From the IMG/VR virus record IMGVR_UViG_3300005526_000009: a stretch of 20,000 nt of DNA; one strand, 5' to 3'. Numbering within the stretch: the stretch's first letter is position 1; each line of letters begins with the position of its first letter. The position numbers and the translations under genes are program-made. This DNA comes from an uncultured virus (IMG/VR IMGVR_UViG_3300005526_000009) (Duplodnaviria; Heunggongvirae; Uroviricota; Caudoviricetes). Below are positions 7,926-16,104 of the stretch, one piece after another. Under the pieces are notes generated by a model. The model had not been told where the DNA came from, ran no database searches, and saw only the letters and a list, made by a program, of their open reading frames with translations.

Positions 7926-8997
7926 CGAGTTTCTCCCCTTCGGTGTCCTTTACTGCGAACCTTTTGGATACCAGTTTTAGTATTTTTCTGGGAATGTTTG
8001 GTGCGGGGTGTTCCTCAATTGAGCGTATGACAACTCCCTCACTCACCTGTTCTGGATAAATGACTGAGTTCCTTTCTGCAAGACCATATATAGATTCCCT
8101 GTCAAAGTTGCCTATGGTTAGGATGGGAACTATGGGGAGTTGCAGTTGCTCGGCAATTGTGCAGAACTGGTAAAAGTCAACATATTTTCCCAATTCAATT
8201 GATATGTCAAACAGCCTGAAATCAACACCACTCAAACCATAATCCAGGTTCTGGATGCCCTTTCCAAACAACTCAAACCTGAGAACAAGGTTCTCATACC
8301 CTGACTCCATCATCTTTTTCTCAATCTCATATTTGTCGAAGATATGGTAAAATGCGTTGGTCTGATTTGCGATATCCTCACTTGCCATGATGGCTGGCCT
8401 GTCCCTCTCAAAGCACACACGCCTGCTCATGACATAAATCTTGTCACCAATCTTGGTAAACGTTCCGTTCATACCATGGATTTTTTCCGTGACCACAACA
8501 GAGTCATCATGGGTGAATACATTTGCAAAGTCGGGTCTCTGTATTGACTCAATGTCATAGTATTCAATCCTTGGATCCGGCCAGTTCTTTTGCCTTGTGA
8601 ACTTGTCACCATTTGCCGACAGCCTTACCTCCGGTTTCCATTTGGTGATACCCAAGTCGTCAGCAACATTTGCATATTGTATATAGACCATAAAGCCATC
8701 CCTTGTCAGTTTCTCCCTCACATAACCATCAATAGGTAGGAACAGTCCCTGTGAGTATACACCAGATAGTTTCATTGTCTTTACCCTGTTTCTCTTTAGT
8801 TTGAGTTGATAGAAGTCAGTCATCTCTTGCGGCAATATTGAGTCAACAGCAATGAACAAACCGATGTCTCCCTTCTTGAATTGATCGTTGCGGACTATCA
8901 CATCATAACCACCGATAGTAACTATAGATATCCTATCCTTATTGGGAATTGGCTGGAGTTCAGGACATTCCATAAAAGATGCGTAGGCGTCTGTCAT
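7918..8997 (-). CDS. rnl: ATP-dependent RNA ligase, DRB0094/Rnl5 type (N-terminal OB domain)
   Basis: OB: PIPNKDRI, FKKGD, VDSILP, KLSGVYSQG. Ligase motifs: I TEKIHG (K172), Ia SRR, III FELFG, IIIa FRLFDI, IV EGVVIR, V ILKLVS. Confidence 0.92.
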   Translation of the reverse strand: MTDAYASFMECPELQPIPNKDRISIVTIGGYDVIVRNDQFKKGDIGLFIAVDSILPQEMTDFYQLKLKRNRVKTMKLSGVYSQGLFLPIDGYVREKLTRDGFMVYIQYANVADDLGITKWKPEVRLSANGDKFTRQKNWPDPRIEYYDIESIQRPDFANVFTHDDSVVVTEKIHGMNGTFTKIGDKIYVMSRRVCFERDRPAIMASEDIANQTNAFYHIFDKYEIEKKMMESGYENLVLRFELFGKGIQNLDYGLSGVDFRLFDISIELGKYVDFYQFCTIAEQLQLPIVPILTIGNFDRESIYGLAERNSVIYPEQVSEGVVIRSIEEHPAPNIPRKILKLVSKRFAVKDTEGEKLDE

Positions 8998-9281
8998 TGT
9001 GGTATTACCTGATATACATGGTATGTTATGTGAATGTTTTGCAATGTGTATGACCCTATATATAGTATGGCATTATGGGTGCTGAATTCCTCATTTTCCT
9101 CAACAGTCATGAATGAGAATTTCTTGTAGGTTATGTTTGGATGGGACTCATAGACATATGATATTCTGGGAACACTATCTGACACGAATGGGCTTAGGAG
9201 GATGGTTGTGTTGGGCAGTTGCACGGACCACATCTCAGAGTCCTCAACTGCGAAACTCTTGATTATCTTGTTAACAGCCAT
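8994..9281 (-). CDS. Small beta-rich phage hypothetical protein
   Basis: 95 aa; VQLP...LLS and YIGSY...YHVYQ resemble a common small phage family. ATGA overlap with ligase. Confidence 0.7.
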   Translation of the reverse strand: MAVNKIIKSFAVEDSEMWSVQLPNTTILLSPFVSDSVPRISYVYESHPNITYKKFSFMTVEENEEFSTHNAILYIGSYTLQNIHITYHVYQVIPQ

Positions 9282-9533
9282 CTATTGTGTCACTACCTCT
9301 CTCATGTTTTCAAGTTCCCTTTGTTTGCGCAACAGCAGGTTGACTGCCAAATCACGCTCCAAATGCAACTCCCTTTCATGGTTATACACACGCCTGATGC
9401 AGTATCTCAATAGAGACTCTGGATTGTTTATCCCAGTATAGGTCATCAGTGACAGCGCATTGGATGCCAATTCATCACCCAGTCTTAGGATTATGGTTTT
9501 CTCGTCTTTCACTAAATTGTTTTTTCGCTTCAA
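9282..9533 (-). CDS. Ribbon-helix-helix (CopG-like) DNA-binding protein with C-terminal coiled coil (start may be GTG 9512)
   Basis: KTIILRL strand, helix, G turn, NPESLLRYCI helix. Confidence 0.6.
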   Translation of the reverse strand: MKRKNNLVKDEKTIILRLGDELASNALSLMTYTGINNPESLLRYCIRRVYNHERELHLERDLAVNLLLRKQRELENMREVVTQ

Positions 9534-9825
9534 TAAGATTCAAATATCGTTTATATTTTCTATTTATATAAATGTAGTTTTTTTCCAACTCTGAGTTCCT
9601 GAAGAATGGGTCTATGTTGTCCAAATAATGGTCAACGATTGTTGCCGGATCATTGTCATCTATCATAATCCTCTCAAAGAAAAAGAACATGTCATCAAGG
9701 TATCCCATGTGGATTGATGGATATCTCCATGGTGTCAAACAATATATCTTCCTAAACCCACGGTAGTCATTCAACTCCTTTATCTCCAAAAATGATATGC
9801 GTTGTTTTGGTGCGGGGTGTTGCAT
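9475..9825 (-). CDS. Hypothetical protein
   Basis: ATG 9825 (MQHPAPKQRISF...) avoids overlap with the 1324-aa gene. Confidence 0.6.
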   Translation of the reverse strand: MQHPAPKQRISFLEIKELNDYRGFRKIYCLTPWRYPSIHMGYLDDMFFFFERIMIDDNDPATIVDHYLDNIDPFFRNSELEKNYIYINRKYKRYLNLIEAKKQFSERRENHNPKTG

Positions 9826-9854
9826 ATGGGAAATAATGTGGTGGATAATATTAA

Positions 9855-12800
9855 CTATCCCAAAGTTGATCCTGCCCTCGGTTTCAGGGTAAATGGCAGT
9901 AATACTTCGTCCCTGCCAATGTTGGAGATGGTATAGCGATTGGAGTATAGGTTGTCGGCCATTGTGAGTGTTATCTCCTTTGAGTATATCCTGAGTTCTG
10001 ACATGACACACTCAAAGTGGCCTGAAAACCTGTTCTTTCCCACTGCTATTGCCAAGTCCTTTATTGCTGTTGGTGTTGCGTCTGGTGGCAGGTTTGGTGC
10101 GGGAGTGTAGGTATAGCCGCCGACATAAACGGTTGCAACCATGTCATATGCCTGCTCAGCGTCATTGTAGTTTAGCTCATTAAACTTCCTGATAAATGAG
10201 TATGTCAGGTCATAACTACCCTGCTGCACGAGAACACCCACCCTGTTTGTTGTGTTGCCGCCAGAGAACTCAAAGCACAATTTGTCACCAACATCCATAA
10301 CATAGTCGTTGCTCAAATCCACAAACTCCACAGGCGTTGGTGCTGCGGGGTCTGTGCTTAGTGTGGATGTGAATACCGTTCCCAATGTTGCGATAAGTTG
10401 GTCATCTATTCCCCTTCTCACAGTGCAGTATGCTATGCCGGATGTTGCGGCAGTTGTCTTATACAAAAAAAGGATTACCCTTGTTATCTTCTTTCCTTTC
10501 AGTAATGATGACTGGTTCTCAATTGACTGTGCTATTCTGGAACGGGAGTTGACATCCAGATCACCACCAATGTAGATTGTTCCAGCCAGGTCCTTGTAAC
10601 CAATGTCGTATGTGCTGCCGTTGTCAACATAAAAGGCAATGGAGTTTTGTTGGTCAACAAAATCCCTACCCATGTTCAACTCCACAGTGTCGGTCAGTGT
10701 TCCACCCTCATATTTCAGGAACACCCTGTCACCATCTATCGTGTTGTAGCCTGACCCTGGGTTCTGGAATATGGTGTTGGCATATTCAGGGGTGCTGCTC
10801 AATGTTGTCACATCCACAGAACCAAGCAGCACCTTTGTGTTATAGTTCACATCCATGATGCCACAGGTCATTATCCCTGTTGGGTTGCCCACCTTCTTTG
10901 ATCTGGCTATTGCCTTTGTGATTCTGCGGTTCCACATTGAGGACTGTGCGTTGACTATCTTCTCACCTATTATTGTCTTGGTTGGTGTGAACCTCTCAAA
11001 CGCATCAAAGTTGTTGCCACCAGATGATATGCTTCCTGATATGTCCAGACCGGTCATTGGCAACCATCCGTCTGTTGCGTCCCTATAAATGAGATAGGAC
11101 TTGTTGGTGTCGAAATTGACATTGGAGCCTGTGTTGGTGAGGACGTATACCGATGATGGTCCTGTGTCCACACAGACAAGAACGATTCTGTCACCTGCAA
11201 CTATGGGTGTGTTGTAGTTGGTGTTGCTCCAGACATAGTTGAAGTCGGTTGGCTCCACTATTGGCAATGATGTTGCGGCAACTGACCTTAGCACGGAACG
11301 CACAACACCTGTTGATGATATGTGCTGCAACTGGACTGTGCCACCCGCAATGGCAGGGTCAACATACACCCTGAACTTTGCGCCTGTTGGTGAGATTCCA
11401 ATCATTGAACTGCCGGCATCAAACAACTCTCCAATGGCATCAAGGTCTATGGCAGTTGATCCCAAAATATAGTATGGGTCAATGTCCGGTGTGACATATT
11501 GATAGGTGAGAACGGTCTTTATCTCAAAAGCGTCATTGATGCCCCATGAGCCGTCAGCCTGCTTTCTGGACTTTTGGGTGATTGAACTGTCAAAGTTGAT
11601 GCCACGTCTTTGGACCTTGATGATGTCAGATGAAGCACCGGTGGAGTATTCTATTCCTATGGTAAATCCCATTCCCATTGCCACGGTGTTGCCTGTGTTG
11701 GTAAACGTGAATTCCTCATAATCATCGGGGTCCGCATTTGCGCTGTTGAACTGTCCCATTGTTGCGACAACATTGTTTGAGGCGTCCCATATCCTGCAAT
11801 ATCCTGTTCCTGTTGGTGAGGACTCTCCCTTTAGGTAGAACTTTGCTTCCTTTATCACCTTGCCGAACAGTTCCTGACCAATACCGGTTGTGTTGTCCTG
11901 AATCATGATACCGACAGCGGTGTTGTTTGTCCCACTCTTTTGCAGGACGTTGTAGCTGTTGTCTGTGGATGGAACCGTTACCGAACTACTGACAGGGTTG
12001 CCAGGCACTATGGAGCCTGCCGGAACACTGTAGCGTTCTGTTATGGGGTCAACCACACTGGTTCCATCTGTGCAGCCATACACTATGAAAAAGGGATTGT
12101 CACCACCGGCGGAGTTGATGTAGCGGTAGTCACTTGCTGTGGGAACAGGTGTTGTCAGTGGCTGTAGGTTATAGACAGTTGTGTATGGGACTGTGATTGG
12201 CAATGGGTCAGGATCCGGTTCTGGCTGTATGGATTCTGGGTTTGGAAAGTCTGGATTATGGTAGTTCTCATTCCACTCTTCCGTCCTATCGGTATCCGTT
12301 ATCTGTGTGGTATAGAAGCGGAACAGTGCTATCCTACCCTTTATGGATTTGAGTCTGTTGAGCAGTCTTATGTTGTCAGTGGAATTTGATATTGTGGTGG
12401 TCACTGGTGAGCTGACTACATTGGTGGAGTTGTTTACCGACAGCTTTATCCCCTCACCTGATTTCCATTTGAAGGACACAAAGTTCCAGGCAAACGGTGT
12501 GAGTATCACCGGTGATGTCACAGATATTACCGTGCCGGATGATGTTCGTATATTGGCCTTTAGCTGGGATGTGTTTGGTATGTGTTCCACCCAGAATGAG
12601 TTGTTTACGTTTATGCCCTTGGAGAACACTATGGCCGGATATGTGTATGGGTTTGTTGCTGCGGGGGTTTCTGGATCATAAAACATTGACATGGTGAATT
12701 CGGTCAGGGTGTTGGCTGCTGCAATTGCTGGAACCTGAACCTCAAACCCATCACCCGTTCCTGCGGTGTTGGAACCGAAATTATATAACTCATTGAAGTC

Positions 12801-13829
12801 AAACCAGCCATATGTTCCTGATATGACGGCATGGTTGTTGTTGCCGGAAGCGTCATTAATGTTGAAATTGAACACCGTGTTACTGAAGTGGTTCCACCTT
12901 CCATCCTGCATCGGGTATAGCAGTCTTGGTTTTGGCGTAAACGCTGCGGAGTCTGCTGCTATAGTTTCACCATTTGATATAACATATAGCCTATTGGTAG
13001 TGGGGTTGAAGTTGAACACCCAATCCTCCAGGCTCAAGTCAGGTGAGTTTGCCAATGCGCAGAGATATTGGTAACTGGTCTGGAAGTTATAGACATTAAA
13101 GTTCTGTGGGTTGAATGATCCCCTTTGCCTGTATAGCAAATCATTGAACAGCCATGCATATGCGTTCTTCACAAACACATGATACTGCACATAGTCCTTC
13201 CTCACATAGAAATACATGTGACCGTATGAGTTTATGGTGACGCAGTAGCCGTATCGCAACTGGTCATCATCTATCTTCTGCGCAACGGTTGTGATTGCTT
13301 CATGAACAGGCTTGCCCATGGAGATGGGTCTCATCCTGACATGCAGTGCAAAGTTCTTGTTGTTGTCAACAATTATGTTCTTGAACTGTATCAGTGGATT
13401 GTCCTCAGTGTATGCAAAGTGGGATATGCCATTGAAGTAGGAGAACATCTCATACTTTACCTCATTGTCGGAGTTGTGGTATATGAACAGGCCAGGCAGG
13501 TTGTATTCACCTGCGGAATAGCTGGTTGTTCCCATGTTTGAATAGTCATGGAGCTTACCTGCGTTCTGGAACTTTAACCACAGTCTGGTATCCACACCGT
13601 CTGGCTCGAATGTCGGGAAGTGGTTTGTTGCGAACTCTTCTGATATGTTAAACACAACCTGTGTTGAAAGGTCGGCAATCAGGGCAATGTTCTTTGTGTT
13701 GCTAATCTTTACGGGGGTTTGGTTTTCAGAGTCTATTATATCTGTTGACGACAGATCGGTGTTTACCTGTTTCTGTATCAATCCCCTAAGTAGTTTACCA
13801 ATCTCCTTACTGGACTGACCCACCAACAA
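9855..13829 (-). CDS. Large virion adhesin/tail-fibre-like protein: LamG/ConA-like domains plus four ~150-aa beta repeats (TTG/GTG start)
   Basis: LamG motifs INDASGNNNH, FTMSMFY, WNFVSFKW, LSVN, KGRIALFRFY and FECVMSELRIYSKEIT. Four repeats end EIKTVLTYQY, DISGSISSGG, DLAGTIYIGG, DMVATVYVGG. Confidence 0.8.
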   Translation of the reverse strand: MLVGQSSKEIGKLLRGLIQKQVNTDLSSTDIIDSENQTPVKISNTKNIALIADLSTQVVFNISEEFATNHFPTFEPDGVDTRLWLKFQNAGKLHDYSNMGTTSYSAGEYNLPGLFIYHNSDNEVKYEMFSYFNGISHFAYTEDNPLIQFKNIIVDNNKNFALHVRMRPISMGKPVHEAITTVAQKIDDDQLRYGYCVTINSYGHMYFYVRKDYVQYHVFVKNAYAWLFNDLLYRQRGSFNPQNFNVYNFQTSYQYLCALANSPDLSLEDWVFNFNPTTNRLYVISNGETIAADSAAFTPKPRLLYPMQDGRWNHFSNTVFNFNINDASGNNNHAVISGTYGWFDFNELYNFGSNTAGTGDGFEVQVPAIAAANTLTEFTMSMFYDPETPAATNPYTYPAIVFSKGINVNNSFWVEHIPNTSQLKANIRTSSGTVISVTSPVILTPFAWNFVSFKWKSGEGIKLSVNNSTNVVSSPVTTTISNSTDNIRLLNRLKSIKGRIALFRFYTTQITDTDRTEEWNENYHNPDFPNPESIQPEPDPDPLPITVPYTTVYNLQPLTTPVPTASDYRYINSAGGDNPFFIVYGCTDGTSVVDPITERYSVPAGSIVPGNPVSSSVTVPSTDNSYNVLQKSGTNNTAVGIMIQDNTTGIGQELFGKVIKEAKFYLKGESSPTGTGYCRIWDASNNVVATMGQFNSANADPDDYEEFTFTNTGNTVAMGMGFTIGIEYSTGASSDIIKVQRRGINFDSSITQKSRKQADGSWGINDAFEIKTVLTYQYVTPDIDPYYILGSTAIDLDAIGELFDAGSSMIGISPTGAKFRVYVDPAIAGGTVQLQHISSTGVVRSVLRSVAATSLPIVEPTDFNYVWSNTNYNTPIVAGDRIVLVCVDTGPSSVYVLTNTGSNVNFDTNKSYLIYRDATDGWLPMTGLDISGSISSGGNNFDAFERFTPTKTIIGEKIVNAQSSMWNRRITKAIARSKKVGNPTGIMTCGIMDVNYNTKVLLGSVDVTTLSSTPEYANTIFQNPGSGYNTIDGDRVFLKYEGGTLTDTVELNMGRDFVDQQNSIAFYVDNGSTYDIGYKDLAGTIYIGGDLDVNSRSRIAQSIENQSSLLKGKKITRVILFLYKTTAATSGIAYCTVRRGIDDQLIATLGTVFTSTLSTDPAAPTPVEFVDLSNDYVMDVGDKLCFEFSGGNTTNRVGVLVQQGSYDLTYSFIRKFNELNYNDAEQAYDMVATVYVGGYTYTPAPNLPPDATPTAIKDLAIAVGKNRFSGHFECVMSELRIYSKEITLTMADNLYSNRYTISNIGRDEVLLPFTLKPRAGSTLG

Positions 13830-13954
13830 GCTTGAAAAAACGGAAATATTTGATTACCTCATGGTATTATACTCCCGATTTTATTTAATCTTTTTAATTT
13901 ACAGTAACATTTTCTACAAAGGAAACAGGAACTGCCTAATCAAAGTCAGTAAAA

Positions 13955-14188
13955 ATGTTTGAAGATAATATGGAACAGATTGCCAAAATACTGTGTGATG
14001 AGATTACCAGACTTAAGGATGAAAACAAGCAACTAAAGGAACAGTTGAGGTTGGCAGAGTTAAAATCCGCCACCACTGTTACTGCCATATCAAATAGAAC
14101 CAGTAACAATTTCCGGGTATGCAATAGATGTAGTTCAATACCATGTCAATGTGACACATCATTCAGCTATACGTTGTCTAGCGGATAG
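13955..14188 (+). CDS. Small coiled-coil protein with CxxC-PCxC tail
   Basis: EITRLKDENKQLKEQLRLAE; VCNRCSSIPCQC. Fills the gap between two minus-strand genes. Confidence 0.65.
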   Translation: MFEDNMEQIAKILCDEITRLKDENKQLKEQLRLAELKSATTVTAISNRTSNNFRVCNRCSSIPCQCDTSFSYTLSSG

Positions 14189-15662
14189 TAATGCTAAATG
14201 TGTCACGCTGGACCTCCACTGCCACGGCTCCCTGTGTTGATGTCACCGAAGTTGGCAGATAGTATTCATAGAAGATGAACAGTAGGGTAGGTCCACGCTT
14301 TGATGTTCTCTGCACGGATTTCACCATCAGGTATCCGATTGATGATGTGTTGGTGAGACCGTTTGCGATTATGGTGTAGGCTTTAGGTGTTGATGGTGTG
14401 TGCAATGGACGCATACCCCCCGTTCCAATGTTTATGAACAGGTTGCCTGTTGCGCCAAAGTTCTTCTGTCCCGCAGCTATGACATATGCAGGCTGCTGTC
14501 CTGTGAAGAATGTTGTTGGCGAGTCTGTGGATGTCTCGTTGAACCCAAGGACATGGTGACGCTGATAGTTTCTTGTCTGTCCACACACAACAACATGGAC
14601 ACCATATTGCGTGAATATCTTGTGATAGGTTCTGCGAAGGGTATCATCTATTGTCAATGCGGTGTCGTTGGATGCGCCTGTCATGTAGAATGCCTTGTTG
14701 CAGACAACCATGATAAAGTCGACAGATGCGGTTGCCTTTGCGGTTGTCAACTGTGATATGATAAAGTCGTATTGTGGTGAGGGATTTGCAAATGGCTGGG
14801 TGACATCCATATATATGATATACAGGTTATTATGTTTCTCAAATGAGTATCCAAGTGACTTGGAGTTCTGTGCGGTGCTTAAGGATGTGACTATCTGGTT
14901 TTTCATTGTCGGGTTTGCGTTATCCAGTGGTCCAAACGCTATGGCTGCCCTGTCCTTTAATGAGCCAAGCATGTTTAGCCATGTGATTGCGTTGCCTGAT
15001 GTTGTGGTGTCACCTGTGAATATATATGAGTTAACACCCGTCCTCAACTTTAGCCTGGCAACGGTTGTTGCGAAGGGTTGCAGAGAATCCATCTCCCCCG
15101 TTATGGCAACTATGGTGTCTGTTGTTGGGGAAACATAATCTGGGTCAGGCAATGTGTTACCAAATTTCAACCGGAAGGAACATCCATCCACAGGGGCCTT
15201 GTCGGTGTTGAGGAATATTACTAGCTTAAGCCATATGGCAATTACCTGCGCAGGTGGTATATCAGTTCCCAGAATAATACCCTTGCTTGCATCACTTGCG
15301 TTGGTAAACCTGACACCATCCGGTGCGGTGGACTCGTTTATTATTGATTGCGCAACACCACTGCCAGTCCCATTGCCTATGCCAGCGGCAATGTCAAATC
15401 CTATATACAGTTCAGTGGTTGATGACACAGTGTTCTTTGGAATATATGCTATCGGATTGATTGCGGTTTCTGTAAGACTGGTGTTCTTTGCGTAGATACA
15501 TCTGTATTTTGTCTTGCCGGAGGAACGCTCCACACCGGAAACTATGTTGAAAACATTATGAAGGGCGAAGGGGGATACACTGTCTGAATGCATTGGACCA
15601 CCAAGACCGTCTGCCGTCAATCCAGACTTGAAGTATTTGATGTCTTTACCTGTAAAAACCAC
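14178..15662 (-). CDS. Phage structural-type N-terminal domain fused to degenerate metallophosphoesterase (purple-acid-phosphatase-like) domain
   Basis: N-terminal DIKY..SG, LGG, NVF, YRCIYAKN, NESTAPDGVRF, DIPP...AIWL. C-terminal MPE scaffold: GYSF, SPQYDFI, YHKIFTQYGVHVVVCGQTRNYQR, FINIGTGG. GTG start. Confidence 0.8.
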   Translation of the reverse strand: MVFTGKDIKYFKSGLTADGLGGPMHSDSVSPFALHNVFNIVSGVERSSGKTKYRCIYAKNTSLTETAINPIAYIPKNTVSSTTELYIGFDIAAGIGNGTGSGVAQSIINESTAPDGVRFTNASDASKGIILGTDIPPAQVIAIWLKLVIFLNTDKAPVDGCSFRLKFGNTLPDPDYVSPTTDTIVAITGEMDSLQPFATTVARLKLRTGVNSYIFTGDTTTSGNAITWLNMLGSLKDRAAIAFGPLDNANPTMKNQIVTSLSTAQNSKSLGYSFEKHNNLYIIYMDVTQPFANPSPQYDFIISQLTTAKATASVDFIMVVCNKAFYMTGASNDTALTIDDTLRRTYHKIFTQYGVHVVVCGQTRNYQRHHVLGFNETSTDSPTTFFTGQQPAYVIAAGQKNFGATGNLFINIGTGGMRPLHTPSTPKAYTIIANGLTNTSSIGYLMVKSVQRTSKRGPTLLFIFYEYYLPTSVTSTQGAVAVEVQRDTFSITIR

Positions 15663-15665
15663 ATG

Positions 15666-15693
15666 TATTATATGTCGTTACTTCTACATATAT
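15666..15693. promoter_or_regulatory. Overlapping divergent TATA boxes forming an inverted repeat
   Basis: TATATGT (15669-15675) N10 ACATATA (15686-15692); each half is about 25-31 nt from the start of the gene it faces (ATG 15700, GTG 15662). Confidence 0.5.
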
Positions 15694-15699
15694 CATATC

Positions 15700-16005
15700 A
15701 TGAATTACACATATGAGCAGATGGTTGAGTTGCACTCCATGTATTATGATGAGCAGGGATTTGTGAGACATAGGGATTTGGTTCCCCTGAAGAAGATAGA
15801 TGGATTGAAAAGCAAGTGGTCCACACTTACGGAGGAAGAGAAGGAGGACAACAGGTTCCTGTTTGACATATTGGAGTTGGATGGTGCGGACTGTATAAGG
15901 TTTAACATAACTGCATATCATGGCTGTGGCTGTTCGTATAAGCTGATGAAGAGAAATGATCTGGAAAACCTGCATAGGTTTCTGGGTGAATATCTATCAG
16001 AATAA
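15700..16005 (+). CDS. Hypothetical protein (HGCGC motif)
   Basis: ATG 15700 MNYTYEQMVELH...; stop abuts tRNA 3' end. Confidence 0.7.
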   Translation: MNYTYEQMVELHSMYYDEQGFVRHRDLVPLKKIDGLKSKWSTLTEEEKEDNRFLFDILELDGADCIRFNITAYHGCGCSYKLMKRNDLENLHRFLGEYLSE

Positions 16006-16079
16006 TAGTCGATAGCAGATTCGAACTGCTGATTTTCTGGTTCAGAGCCAGACGGAGTTGTCCGCTATCCTAATCGACT
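16006..16079 (-). tRNA. trnQ: tRNA-Gln, anticodon CTG, no intron, CCA not encoded
   Basis: Full cloverleaf: acceptor AGTCGAT/ATCGACT+A73, D arm GGA..GG..TCC, anticodon stem TCTGG/CCAGA with loop CT-CTG-AA (anticodon 16043-16045), T arm AGCAG-TTCGAAT-CTGCT. Confidence 0.95.
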
Positions 16080-16104
16080 AACTAATGTTTAAACCAAATA
16101 TAAT

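Noticed and set aside
9826..10011. N-terminal extension of ORF 9475..10011
   Set aside because: Overlaps the conserved-looking C-terminus of the 1324-aa protein; ATG 9825 fits better.
10309..13541. Many plus-strand ORFs antisense to large genes (also 3232-6247, 14400-15495, 16271-19897)
   Set aside because: Shadow ORFs with no motifs, opposite well-supported genes.
13854..13862. In-frame ATG-AGG-TAA upstream of the 1324-aa gene suggesting readthrough or recoding
   Set aside because: TAA, TAG and TGA all end genes normally in this window, and TTG/GTG starts are available downstream.
14178..15120. Active phosphatase auxiliary metabolic gene
   Set aside because: Metal-binding His/Asn/Asp/Tyr residues are substituted.
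16006..16079. tRNA as att site or suppressor
   Set aside because: Virus-like genes on both sides, no duplicated 3' end, no integrase; the anticodon is CTG, not CTA.
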